A DNA stretch of 64,000 nt from assembly GCA_001781125.1 (NCBI GenBank), contig MFKT01000001.1, forward strand, positions 3,630-67,629. Reading direction: 5' to 3'. A program made the position numbers and the translations under genes. Shown in pieces: positions 44,916 through 54,770 of the stretch. The notes below the pieces were generated by a model. The model was given only the letters and a program-made list of their open reading frames with translations. It was not told the DNA's origin and did no database searches. This DNA comes from Candidatus Kaiserbacteria bacterium RIFCSPHIGHO2_01_FULL_53_29 (GTDB taxonomy: Bacteria; Patescibacteriota; Minisyncoccia; Phycocordibacterales; UBA2100). Positions within the stretch are counted from its first letter, which is position 1; each line of letters begins with the position of its first letter.

Positions 44916-45742
44916 GCAAACAGTGTACGCAATTCTTGCGCCCGCGCGAGCGCGTCCGCGATGCCCATCTGAAATATGGCACGGATCTTGCGAGGATTTT
45001 TTGTTGCGGGCCAGATCGGCAACTCCGGGTGTATAACAACGCATTGCGCATCTCCCACTCGCGGCGCCTTTCCATGGTGAGCGGTCCAGTGCCGGATCGC
45101 TTTTTGAGTTGCTCTTGTGGCGAGGAGGCGCTCATATATGAGTAGTATGAGACGTTTCCCAAAGGTCAGACGAGTTCTATTGTCAATCACGAGGATTCTC
45201 TTTGCGCCCTTCTGTATCGCATACTCGACCATGTCATGCGCGGTGAGCGCAATGCCCCCGTCCATATATGAGTGACCAAGCAGGGAAACGGCCTTTCCGA
45301 AGAAGAAGGGCATGGACTTTGATGCACGCAAGAGTTCATATGGGTCGACACCATCTTCACGGCCGACGTATCGGACCTCTCCGGTCTTTACATCGAGAAG
45401 AGGCACAAAATATTCCGTCTTACTCTCTGCAAGGAGGTCTGTCCTCAAAGGGAATCGGTTTTTTAAGACATCGTCCACCAGATAATCAATATCCATGATA
45501 GGTCGACGTGTCCACGAAATGAATCGCGGAGTAGGGAGGAGTTCACCCCAAACATGCTCTGCGGCCTCACTTTGTCCGGTTATAAAATACAACGCATTTC
45601 CGGTACCGCCCGAACTCGCGACGATGATATCGGCGTGGGGAATACCGAGCATCGTCTTGAGCGCGTAGAGAAATCCCGCACCATAGGCACTTCGCATGCC
45701 GCCGCCTATCGAGATGATGGCGGTTTTATTTTCCTGTGACAT
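44912..45742 (-). CDS. Patatin-like phospholipase
   Basis: GGGMRSAY.AG, ASSGG, DGG. Confidence 0.85.
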   Translation of the reverse strand: MSQENKTAIISIGGGMRSAYGAGFLYALKTMLGIPHADIIVASSGGTGNALYFITGQSEAAEHVWGELLPTPRFISWTRRPIMDIDYLVDDVLKNRFPLRTDLLAESKTEYFVPLLDVKTGEVRYVGREDGVDPYELLRASKSMPFFFGKAVSLLGHSYMDGGIALTAHDMVEYAIQKGAKRILVIDNRTRLTFGKRLILLIYERLLATRATQKAIRHWTAHHGKAPRVGDAQCVVIHPELPIWPATKNPRKIRAIFQMGIADALARAQELRTLFA

Positions 45743-45811
45743 GCGCAAATCATACTATGCTGAATCGGAAGCTTCTTTTCATAACAGGCTAAATATGTAT
45801 AATGCACGTCC

Positions 45812-47743
45812 ATGGCAAACTCTAGGAAAGAAGCGTCCCGCAAGCCACGCGGGGGAGGTGAGCCAGCTGGCGCGGGGGGCCCTTCTATCTGGATACAGCT
45901 CGCGGCGGCATTCGCGGTATTTCTCGTGCTCTCCACCGGCTATTCGCTGGTGCGGCAATACTTCCTCGATAAAAGCGAAGAGGTGCCACTTTCCCAGATC
46001 GCAGTCGACATTAGTGCAGGAACGGTGGTCTCGATAGAAGTATCAGGGGACAAAATTACTGCCGTCTATACGGACGAAACGAAAAAGACGTCGCGCAAAG
46101 AAACGGAATCAGCACTTTTGCAGACCCTCTCGGATTATTCCATCGAGCCTGAAAAATTGGCTAGGGTGGTGATCGAGATAAAAGATGAGGGGGGGTTGCG
46201 TTTCTGGGCGCTCACACTTTTGCCCATCCTCGTGCCGGTCGTATTTCTTTTTGGCGTCATCTGGTACCTCTCGCGGCAGCTGCGTGGCGGCGGCATGCAG
46301 GCATTTAGCTTCGGTAAATCGATGGCGCGGCTCGTGAATCCGGAAGATGAGGTGCAGAAAGTAACATTTAAAGATGTGGCAGGAGCGAAGGAAGCAAAAA
46401 GCGAACTCCTTGAGATAGTCGACTTCTTGAAAAATCCCAAGAAATTCATCCAGATCGGCGCGCGCATTCCAAAAGGCGTACTTCTTATGGGTGCGCCGGG
46501 TACGGGCAAGACATTGCTTGCACGCGCTGTTGCGGGTGAAGCAGGCGTACCGTTCTTTTCCATCTCCGGCTCTGAATTCGTCGAGATGTTCGTCGGGGTG
46601 GGGGCATCCCGTGTGCGTGATCTTTTCCAAACTGCGAAGAAAGCCGCACCCGCCATCGTTTTCATCGATGAGATAGACGCGGTTGGGCGCGTGCGCGGCA
46701 CGGGAGTGGGCGGAGGCAATGACGAGCGTGAACAGACACTCAATCAGATCCTCGTCGAGATGGACGGCTTCGAGCCGAATGAAAAAGTCATCGTGATGGC
46801 GGCGAGCAACAGACCCGACGTGCTCGATCCCGCGCTCTTGCGCCCGGGCCGATTCGATAGGCGCGTTACCATCGATTTGCCCGACCGCAAAGACCGTGAA
46901 GAGATACTCAAAGTCCACGCGCGCTCAAAGCCGCTCGGCCCCGACGTAAACCTCATCGTCATTGCTGAACGCACGCCGGGATTCTCCGGTGCAGATCTCG
47001 CAAGCCTCATGAACGAAGGCGCCATCCTCGCCGCGCGCGAGGATAGGAAGGAACTCACGCAGTACGACCTTATCCGCTCCATCGAGAAGGTCATGCTCGG
47101 ACCCGAGCGAAGGTCGCACGTGTTGAACAAAAAAGAAAAAGAGATAACCGCGTACCACGAGGCCGGCCACGCACTCATTGCGTCGGTTTTGCCGTACGCT
47201 GATCCGGTGCACAAAATTTCCATCATTAGCCGCGGACGTGCTGCGGGCTACACGCTTAAGCTGCCCTTTGAGGATCGCCGCATGCAGTCGCGCAAAGAAT
47301 TTTTGGACGATATTGCGGTTTCCCTCGGCGGCTATATCGCCGAGAAATTGGTATTCGATGACATCACGACGGGCGCCTCGAATGATCTTCAGGTATTGAC
47401 CGCGCTCGCTCGCAATATGGTCGCCCGTTATGGCATGTCGGAAAAAATGGGTCCGATCGCGTTTGCCACCTCGGCCCAGCGCACCATCTTCGGCGAGGGG
47501 GTCGAGGGAGAACAATCGCAGGAAGTTGCGTCACAGCTCGATGAGGAAGTGAAGAAAATAATCTCCGGCGCACACAAGATCGCTCTCGGCGTCATCACCA
47601 AACACCGCAAAGCGCTCGACGCGATCGCGAGCCGGTTGGTAGTGGTGGAAACCATCGAACGCGAGGAATTTGAGAACATCCTTATCGCCAACGGCATAAC
47701 TCCCAAAAAGAAAGAGGATATAGAACATCAACCACTGGTATAG
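45812..47743 (+). CDS. ftsH: ATP-dependent zinc metalloprotease FtsH
   Basis: [20 protein letters not shown]. Confidence 0.98.
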   Translation: MANSRKEASRKPRGGGEPAGAGGPSIWIQLAAAFAVFLVLSTGYSLVRQYFLDKSEEVPLSQIAVDISAGTVVSIEVSGDKITAVYTDETKKTSRKETESALLQTLSDYSIEPEKLARVVIEIKDEGGLRFWALTLLPILVPVVFLFGVIWYLSRQLRGGGMQAFSFGKSMARLVNPEDEVQKVTFKDVAGAKEAKSELLEIVDFLKNPKKFIQIGARIPKGVLLMGAPGTGKTLLARAVAGEAGVPFFSISGSEFVEMFVGVGASRVRDLFQTAKKAAPAIVFIDEIDAVGRVRGTGVGGGNDEREQTLNQILVEMDGFEPNEKVIVMAASNRPDVLDPALLRPGRFDRRVTIDLPDRKDREEILKVHARSKPLGPDVNLIVIAERTPGFSGADLASLMNEGAILAAREDRKELTQYDLIRSIEKVMLGPERRSHVLNKKEKEITAYHEAGHALIASVLPYADPVHKISIISRGRAAGYTLKLPFEDRRMQSRKEFLDDIAVSLGGYIAEKLVFDDITTGASNDLQVLTALARNMVARYGMSEKMGPIAFATSAQRTIFGEGVEGEQSQEVASQLDEEVKKIISGAHKIALGVITKHRKALDAIASRLVVVETIEREEFENILIANGITPKKKEDIEHQPLV

Positions 47744-47823
47744 GTGTCAGCTGTCAGGTTTCAGCTATCAGCAAAATCGTGCAAAATATTTTCTGAAATC
47801 TGAAAGCTAGCACCTGAAAGCTA
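47744..47823. repeat. Inverted pair of 7-nt arrays between the convergent ftsH and pyrC stops
   Basis: gtgtcag ctgtcag gtttcag ctatcag ... ctgaaat ctgaaag ctagcac ctgaaag cta. Confidence 0.7.
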
Positions 47824-48891
47824 TTTTTTGATTTGCCAGTGTATCGTCTCGTTGCCAAGCCCCATGTCTTTGTGGTAGATGGGCCATACTTTCACACCTT
47901 CGTCGGTGACGACCGGCTCTGTGACCTGCCAATCTTTTTTCACGAGCGTTATTGTTTCGCTGCTCGGCTCGAGTCCGAAGAATCGTGGACCGTTCACTGA
48001 CAAAAAGTTCTCGAGCTTATCGAGGCACCCCAGTTCATCAAATACTTGCGTATAGAGTTCAACCGCAACCGGCGCGCTGAAAATGCCGAACGCCGCGGTC
48101 GTCGCGAATTTCTTGGATTCGGGATGCGGGGCCGAATCACTTCCCGCGGATACGAAAGGCAGTCCTTTTTTAACGAGCGCTCGGATCTTATCCCTATTCG
48201 ATCTTTCTTTTATCAGAGGTTTTACCCGAAGGAGGGGACGAGGCTCGGCATCGCCGCGATCGTACAAGAGATGGTGCACCGTTATGGTCGCGACGAGTCT
48301 TCCTTCCTTTCCGTTCTTCTCTATAAAATCCACCGCTTCCGCCGAACTCGCATGTTCGAGCGATACCTTGAGCTTGGGGTACGAGGTGAGAAGTTCCGGC
48401 AGAATACCTTTAATGAACGTTTGCTCTCCGCGATACGGGTCTACTTCCTCGTTGCGTTCGTCCACATGCACTTCACCGTGGAGGAGCAGGGGAAGGCCGA
48501 CCCCTTCCATCTTTTTAAGCACGTCTTTCGCCTCCAAAATATTCTGGTAGCCCCACTGCGAGTTCGTCGTCGCGCCCCATGGATAGTACTTGACGCCGTA
48601 GACGCCGCTCCCGGCTGCTTTTTCGATCTCTGCAGGCGTAAGGTTTTTCGTAAGATAGAGAGTCATCAGTGGCTCAAACCGAGAGGCGTCGCCTCTCGGT
48701 ATAGCAGCAAGAATTTCTTTTTTGTACTCCGCAGCTTGTTCGACGGTCTCTATCGGCGGGTCGGTATTGGGCATCACGATGGCACGAGAGAATTTCTCTG
48801 CCGTTATCGGCGTCACCGCTCGCAACATAGCTCCGCGCCGCAGGTGCACGTGGGCATCGAAGGGTTTTTTGAGGGTTATTGTGTCAATCAT
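47821..48891 (-). CDS. pyrC: Dihydroorotase (homodimeric type)
   Basis: DAHVHLR, AIVMPN, KYYP.GATTNS, GSDSAPH. Confidence 0.94.
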   Translation of the reverse strand: MIDTITLKKPFDAHVHLRRGAMLRAVTPITAEKFSRAIVMPNTDPPIETVEQAAEYKKEILAAIPRGDASRFEPLMTLYLTKNLTPAEIEKAAGSGVYGVKYYPWGATTNSQWGYQNILEAKDVLKKMEGVGLPLLLHGEVHVDERNEEVDPYRGEQTFIKGILPELLTSYPKLKVSLEHASSAEAVDFIEKNGKEGRLVATITVHHLLYDRGDAEPRPLLRVKPLIKERSNRDKIRALVKKGLPFVSAGSDSAPHPESKKFATTAAFGIFSAPVAVELYTQVFDELGCLDKLENFLSVNGPRFFGLEPSSETITLVKKDWQVTEPVVTDEGVKVWPIYHKDMGLGNETIHWQIKK

Positions 48892-48916
48892 CCAAGAAGT
48901 ATACACTGGCGGCAAT

Positions 48917-50080
48917 ATGGCAAAAAAAGATGTTGCAAAACAGGCGCTGGCGCTCCACAAGAAGCTTGGGGGGAAGATACGGATCGTGCCGGCGGCGCCT
49001 ATTACCAATCGCGCCGAGCTCTCCCTCGTGTATACGCCCGGTGTTGCTGCTGTTTCTTCATATGTTGCAAAACATCCAAAAGAGGCAAGGGTTTATACGA
49101 TGAAGGGTCGCAGCGTCGCGGTCATTTCCGACGGTTCCGCTGTACTCGGCCTCGGCAACATCGGCGCGCTTGGCGCGCTTCCGGTGATGGAAGGGAAGGC
49201 TGCGATTTTTAAAACATTTGCAGATATCGATACGGTGCCGATCGTTCTTGATACACAAGACCCTGATGAAATTGTAAAAACGGTCATCGCTATCGCGCCG
49301 GCCTTCGGCGGCATCAATCTCGAAGACATCGCCGCGCCGAAGTGTTTTGAGATAGAACGCCGCGTTATCGAAGCACTTGATATTCCGGTGATGCACGACG
49401 ACCAGCACGGGACCGCGATCGTGGTACTTGCTGGCATCATCAATGCGCTCAAAGTCGTCAAAAAGAAATTATCGTCAGCTCGCGTCGTTATCCTCGGAGC
49501 TGGAGCTGCGGGTACGGCGACCGCAAGACTTCTCAGGGCGGCCGGAGCAAAAAACATCATCGTTCTTGATAGCAAGGGGATCGTTAATCGCTCAAGACCC
49601 GAGCCGCACAAAAGAGAACTCGCGAAGTTCAATACAAAGGGTGTCAAAGGTGGATTGCGAGAAGCGCTCTCCGCCGGAGGCGGATCCTCCTCCGGAGGAA
49701 AAGGTGCCGATGTGCTTCTTGGTGTCTCCGGCCCCAATCTTGTAAGGGCGGAAGACATACGGCTGATGGCGAAGAAGGCAATCGTCTTTGCGATGGCGAA
49801 TCCGACTCCCGAGATCATGCCTGACGAAGCGAAAAAGGGCGGAGCCATGGTGGTGGGCACCGGACGCTCGGATTTCCCGAATCAGGTAAATAATTCACTC
49901 GCGTTCCCCGGCGTTTTCCGCGGCGCCTTGGATCATGGTGTGACGAAGATAACCGACGCGATGAAATTGAAGGCGGCACGCGCGATAGCCGCACTCGTGA
50001 AAAAGCCGACAGCCAACAAAGTCATTCCCGACATGTTCGACAAACGCGCTCCCATCGCCGTGGCTAGAGCAATACGCTAA
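48917..50080 (+). CDS. NAD(P)-dependent malic enzyme
   Basis: YTPGVA, VLGLGNIG, PVMEGK, HDDQHGTA, TGRSDFPNQVNN. Confidence 0.95.
   Translation: MAKKDVAKQALALHKKLGGKIRIVPAAPITNRAELSLVYTPGVAAVSSYVAKHPKEARVYTMKGRSVAVISDGSAVLGLGNIGALGALPVMEGKAAIFKTFADIDTVPIVLDTQDPDEIVKTVIAIAPAFGGINLEDIAAPKCFEIERRVIEALDIPVMHDDQHGTAIVVLAGIINALKVVKKKLSSARVVILGAGAAGTATARLLRAAGAKNIIVLDSKGIVNRSRPEPHKRELAKFNTKGVKGGLREALSAGGGSSSGGKGADVLLGVSGPNLVRAEDIRLMAKKAIVFAMANPTPEIMPDEAKKGGAMVVGTGRSDFPNQVNNSLAFPGVFRGALDHGVTKITDAMKLKAARAIAALVKKPTANKVIPDMFDKRAPIAVARAIR
49670..49702 (+). repeat. 33-nt in-frame double-hairpin insertion in the malic enzyme gene
   Basis: tccgccggaggcgga tcctcctccggagga aaa (SAGGGSSSGGK). Confidence 0.75.
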
Positions 50081-50233
50081 GGGACATGAATGAGCCTGTT
50101 CGAGTTGTCATAACCGGAGGGACCGGCGTATACGTTGCCATGAATGGAAAGGTATTCCTCTGGAACAATGTCAGGAAGAATAGAGATAAGCAAGTGTTTG
50201 AAAACTTGCAAAAGACGGTAGAGTAGTACTGTT

Positions 50234-50304
50234 GCGCCCATAGCTCAATGGTAGAGCGACCGTCTTATACACGGTCTACCTAGGTTCGATTCCTAGTGGG
50301 CGTA
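50234..50304 (+). tRNA. tRNA-Ile(UAU)
   Basis: Full cloverleaf GCGCCCA-TA-GCTC..GAGC-G-ACCGT-CTTATAC-ACGGT-CTAC-CTAGG-TTCGATT-CCTAG-TGGGCGT-A; anticodon TAT at 50266-50268; CCA not encoded. Confidence 0.9.
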
Positions 50305-50367
50305 TAAGTGAACTTTGCTGTGAATTGCGAGGTTGCACCCTCGGCTCGCCGTGCGACAATGAGTGGC

Positions 50368-52701
50368 ATGCGATACGTTGTTCGGATTCCTGCGCTAGCT
50401 GCATGTCTAGCCGCTTTTCTCTTTCTCTTCCTCCCTCATGCAAGCTTTGCGGCGACTGTCACGGTAACGATGGGGGCAAATTCTTTCTCGCCCAAAAATA
50501 TCACGGTCAATTCCGGCGACACGGTCACGTGGGTCAACAGCAGCAGCATGGCGCACACTGCAACGGCCGACAACGGCAGCTTCGATAGCGGAACGGTGGC
50601 TGCGGGACAGAGCTACGGAGCGATATTCAATGCACCCGGCATCTACGCGTATTATTGCAAACTCCACGGTAGCCCCGGTGGGATAAGTATGGCAGGTACT
50701 ATTACGGTTGTCGCGGGCGCAACCCCGACGAGCGGAGCTGTCGGGGCCCCACCCAGTGCGTCGGGGCTGCAGGCGCAAGCACAGGCACTCCTCAATCAAA
50801 TTGCGGCACTCAAGCAACAGCTGGGATATGGTGGCACTTCGGGAACCGCGATCACGACGACTTCAGGGAGCGGCATCTCCACGTATTCGGCCGCGTGTCC
50901 GCTCATCGGGAGGAATCTCTCACAGGGCGCGAGCGGTGACGATGTGTCGCGTCTCCAGCAATTTCTCGCGCAGGACACTGCGGTCTATCCGGAGGCGATC
51001 GTGTCGGGATATTATGGAAGTTTGACTCAGACGGCAGTGCAGCGATGGCAGGCGAAGTACAATATCGTCTCGTCAGGTACGCCAAGCTCGACCGGCTACG
51101 GTGTCGTCGGTCCGCGCACGGCGGCAGCGATCGCTATCATTTGTGCCGGCGGCAGCATCAATGGCATCTCCGCAACGGCAGTGAGCCCGCCTCCTGCATC
51201 TGTCAGCGGTGTTGTCAGCGTGACACCGATCGTGGGGGACGCACCCCTTACGGTCAATGTTACCGCGACACTCAATACGGCCGGCTCATGCGCCGGCGGC
51301 CTTTACACACTCGATTTTGGCGATGGCGCTCCTGTGCAGCAAATTACTGTTCCGGCTGGTAATTGTGGACAATTGAGTCAGACCTATCCGCATACGTTCC
51401 GATACGGTGGCAGTTACTCCATCACTCTTTCGGCAGGAGTGCACCGTCAATCCGCGACAGTCACCGTCACCGGTCCTGCAGCGCCTCCGCCGCGGAAAAC
51501 AACGCCCGGTCTGCCGAAAGAATCTTTCAAGGTCTCTCCTACCTCGGGTACAACACCGCTTACCGTTACGTTCTCGGGCGTCGTCAACAGCAACGATGCG
51601 GGATTCTGTAACGGCGGTTGTGCCTCTGTTCTCGACTTTGGCGATGGCACGTCCGGGACGGTCGATCTTCCCGCCTCTGTCGGGGGATGGCTTGAGTACA
51701 GCATCACGCATACCTATACGACGGCGGGGGGATTCAAGACGACTCTGTATCAGGGCGGTGCGGGCGTCTCACAGCCGAAGGTCGGGTCGGCAACGATCGT
51801 TGTCTCGGTCGGCACCCCGTCGTTTTCTGCGATACCCGCATCCGGTCCCTCGCCACTTGCTGTCGGCTTTTCTGCGACTGGTCTTTCTCCAAGCGGCCTC
51901 TACGGGATCAATTATGCCGATGGAACGGCCATTGCGCGCTTCACGGGAAGCGCCGCTCCCGGCACGCAAAGCCCGTGGACGCATACCTACTCGACTCCTG
52001 GCACATTCTCGGCCCAACTTCTCTCGTATCAGGCGTCCACGAGTGGCTGCCAAGGCAGTTGTGCCTCGACCCCGACGGTCATAGGCACGGTACCGGTCAA
52101 TGTTTCCGGCACCCCCGCCGGCTCTGCCGCGCTCTCGGTATATCCGACCTCCGGCGTGGCGCCAGTCAACGTTTCATTCACGGCGAATATCAGCCCGACA
52201 AGCGGCACGCACAGCATTAATTTTGGCGATGGCTCTCCGGCGCAAACCTTCGGCTGCGCGACCGGCTCAACGTGTGCCACGCACTGGCAGATCAATCACA
52301 CGTACGCGACGGGCGGCACATTTGTGGCGCGGCTCAGCACGGGATCGGGCTCTCAAGTCGGGGCGGCCACGGTTACCGTTTCCGGCGGTTCGACGAATCC
52401 GACGAATCCCACAAATCCTCCAAATTCTTATCCGTACAATCCGCCCCTGCTCTCCGGTGGCAGTGACTCGCTTTCATTCAATGTGCAGTTTGACCTGCCA
52501 TCCTCGTGCACGGGCTACGATCTCTCTTGGGGCGATGGCACGTCTCATGTCGTGCAGAGTGACGGAGGCTCCTCGTGTGCGCAGAGTATTGCTACTCCAT
52601 CTCTTTCTCACACGTATAGTTCCGAGGGCTCATACACCATCGTTTTGAAACGTGGACCGACGCTTTCCCAGATCAACGACATCGAAATAACCACTCAATA
52701 A
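50368..52701 (+). CDS. Secreted cupredoxin + peptidoglycan-binding + multi-PKD protein
   Basis: HTATAD..YYCKLHG..M copper ligands; DVSRLQQFL..GYYG.LT..AV..WQ; repeated DFGDG..HTY. Confidence 0.9.
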   Translation: MRYVVRIPALAACLAAFLFLFLPHASFAATVTVTMGANSFSPKNITVNSGDTVTWVNSSSMAHTATADNGSFDSGTVAAGQSYGAIFNAPGIYAYYCKLHGSPGGISMAGTITVVAGATPTSGAVGAPPSASGLQAQAQALLNQIAALKQQLGYGGTSGTAITTTSGSGISTYSAACPLIGRNLSQGASGDDVSRLQQFLAQDTAVYPEAIVSGYYGSLTQTAVQRWQAKYNIVSSGTPSSTGYGVVGPRTAAAIAIICAGGSINGISATAVSPPPASVSGVVSVTPIVGDAPLTVNVTATLNTAGSCAGGLYTLDFGDGAPVQQITVPAGNCGQLSQTYPHTFRYGGSYSITLSAGVHRQSATVTVTGPAAPPPRKTTPGLPKESFKVSPTSGTTPLTVTFSGVVNSNDAGFCNGGCASVLDFGDGTSGTVDLPASVGGWLEYSITHTYTTAGGFKTTLYQGGAGVSQPKVGSATIVVSVGTPSFSAIPASGPSPLAVGFSATGLSPSGLYGINYADGTAIARFTGSAAPGTQSPWTHTYSTPGTFSAQLLSYQASTSGCQGSCASTPTVIGTVPVNVSGTPAGSAALSVYPTSGVAPVNVSFTANISPTSGTHSINFGDGSPAQTFGCATGSTCATHWQINHTYATGGTFVARLSTGSGSQVGAATVTVSGGSTNPTNPTNPPNSYPYNPPLLSGGSDSLSFNVQFDLPSSCTGYDLSWGDGTSHVVQSDGGSSCAQSIATPSLSHTYSSEGSYTIVLKRGPTLSQINDIEITTQ

Positions 52702-52731
52702 CGAGTATCAAATTTAGGCCCCGATGATATG

Positions 52732-52864
52732 CCCGGTAGGACAATTTCGAATCGCCTTGATATGAATATTTACCAGCGTATGACGAGAAAAATTGATTCG
52801 AGAATTTTGCAGCCATTCGTCGTTGATACCGCGGCAAGAATTATTCGAAATTGTACTGACCGGG
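52732..52864 (+). mobile_element. 133-bp start-codon element, copy 4
   Basis: cccggtaggacaatttcgaat ... attcgaaattgtactgaccggg, TATG flanks; one extra base fuses the mini-ORFs into a single 46-aa ORF 52729-52869. Confidence 0.88.
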
Positions 52865-52865
52865 T

Positions 52866-53717
52866 ATGAGAAAAATACGGTTCGCAGGAATTGCAACGCT
52901 GCTCGCAGGTATTTGTGCGACGCCATTCTTTGCGGCAGCTTTGAGCGGCGACGATATCAAGGCGCAGATTGCGGCAATCCTTGCTCAGATCGCTGCGACC
53001 CAGGGGAAAGCGCAGTCCGTACCATCTGTCCAGTCCGTCCAATCTCTTCCCCCCGTGCAGCCGCTTTCCCCGAACCAATCGCAGGGAGGGGCGTGTCCGG
53101 TACTTTCCCGCTCGCTCTCGCTTGGTGCACAGGGCCTGGATGTGCTCTCGCTCCAGCAATTCCTCATCGCGCAGAATTCCGCGAGTACCGGATCGGCGAC
53201 CGGCTACTTCAACGCGCAGACCGAAGTTGCCGTACAAAAATGGCAATCATCGCACGGGCTCGTCTCCTCCGGTGACGCGGGATCGACCGGATGGGGAGTG
53301 GTGGGTCCGCGCACAAGAATGCTCATTTCTCTCAATTGTAACCTTCCAACGTCATCTCCGGCGTCGGCTGTCACCGGAAGCCGGTGCCCGAGTGCGCTCC
53401 CGCCTGTGATGCTCTGCTCGACTACTTGGAAGCCGGTCTTGGACGTATACGGTTGTACCACTTCCTACCAATGCTCGGTCCCGCTTTCAGGCGCCACGTC
53501 ACAGAAATCGGTGCAATCAACGACGACAACACCGGCAACAGGCTCGGTCATATCGATCGGTATCCTCTCAAGCAGCTATTGTGTAACTCCGTGGGGCAAC
53601 ATTACGCGGGTTAACGGACAAAGTATCAGCTATATCCCGTATTTCACGAACGGACTAAATAACGGGGGACGCAATCCAAGTGTTTTATGCGACAAAGGCG
53701 TTTGGACGGTGCAGTGA
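52866..53717 (+). CDS. Secreted peptidoglycan-binding domain protein
   Basis: Signal peptide; DVLSLQQFL..TGYF..T..AV.KWQ..GVVGPRTR. Confidence 0.85.
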   Translation: MRKIRFAGIATLLAGICATPFFAAALSGDDIKAQIAAILAQIAATQGKAQSVPSVQSVQSLPPVQPLSPNQSQGGACPVLSRSLSLGAQGLDVLSLQQFLIAQNSASTGSATGYFNAQTEVAVQKWQSSHGLVSSGDAGSTGWGVVGPRTRMLISLNCNLPTSSPASAVTGSRCPSALPPVMLCSTTWKPVLDVYGCTTSYQCSVPLSGATSQKSVQSTTTTPATGSVISIGILSSSYCVTPWGNITRVNGQSISYIPYFTNGLNNGGRNPSVLCDKGVWTVQ

Positions 53718-53720
53718 TGT

Positions 53721-54710
53721 ATGCGCTCAAACCGTTGTGTTGCTCTCATCACAGCTGCCGCATTGTTCTTTCCGCTTGCCGCAAGCGCTCTCACGGATGC
53801 TGGTTCATGTCCGAATATCGCTTACGCTCTCTCACGCGGTTCGCGCGGCACTGACGTTGTTCAATTGCAGCAGTTTCTCATCGCGCAGGGTTCTCTTCAG
53901 GCTGGATTAGCGACCGGATATTTCGGCGCTCTTACCGAAGCGAGTGTAAAATCCTGGCAATCACAAAATGGGGTAGATTCTATCGGCATTGTTGGACCAA
54001 AAACCCGCGCGGCGATAGCAAGAGCGTGCGGCACAGATCCCATAGACTTTCAGGCCTCAAGACAATCCGGGACGGTACCAACTTCGTTGCAATTCTCGTG
54101 GAAGTTAGGCTCGAATAAGCAATCGTACTACGGTGTCGATTTTGGCGACGGCACTTCCTGTTCTGGCTATGATTGTGTTTTCGGCTACGTTGTTCACTTC
54201 TCGGCGGATTACACGCCAGAGAGTCTGGAGTTCCAGCTTCACGGCAGAGGTCAAGCCAACCATCAATATACGTCTCCAGGTACCTACACAGCTCGGCTAA
54301 TCGGAACGGGGAATGCGACACTTGCTAGCCAAACCACGATATTCTTCGCGGGTCAGCAAGGTCAGCCGGCTGTAGGCATGTGGGTTTCTCCGACATCCGG
54401 ACATGTTCCGTTGGTTACTTCGATCGGATGGCAAGGGTATGGTAGAGAGAGTGTCGAAAACTACAGCGTTGATTATGGTGACGGTTCGCACAGTACAAAC
54501 GCAACTATGAAGTGTCGGGTTGCTTCGGCTGCTGCACATACTATCTTTTCTTACATCTTGCAGCTGATGATCCCGGTTGCTTCTGCGAATACAGCTGTCG
54601 CACCAAATTGCTCGGCTAATCACACCTATACCACGCCGGGCACTTACACTGTTCGCCTACTTTCGCCAGACGGGTCTCTCGCAGGTTCAGTAGTGGTCAC
54701 CGCCAAGTAA
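53721..54710 (+). CDS. Secreted peptidoglycan-binding + PKD protein
   Basis: DVVQLQQFL..GYFG.LT; DFGDG/DYGDG..HTY..PGTYT. Confidence 0.85.
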   Translation: MRSNRCVALITAAALFFPLAASALTDAGSCPNIAYALSRGSRGTDVVQLQQFLIAQGSLQAGLATGYFGALTEASVKSWQSQNGVDSIGIVGPKTRAAIARACGTDPIDFQASRQSGTVPTSLQFSWKLGSNKQSYYGVDFGDGTSCSGYDCVFGYVVHFSADYTPESLEFQLHGRGQANHQYTSPGTYTARLIGTGNATLASQTTIFFAGQQGQPAVGMWVSPTSGHVPLVTSIGWQGYGRESVENYSVDYGDGSHSTNATMKCRVASAAAHTIFSYILQLMIPVASANTAVAPNCSANHTYTTPGTYTVRLLSPDGSLAGSVVVTAK

Positions 54711-54770
54711 TTATTCTGCGATGATTTCTTGCGTCCCGTCGCGTGCGCCACGGGATGCTACCATGGGGCG

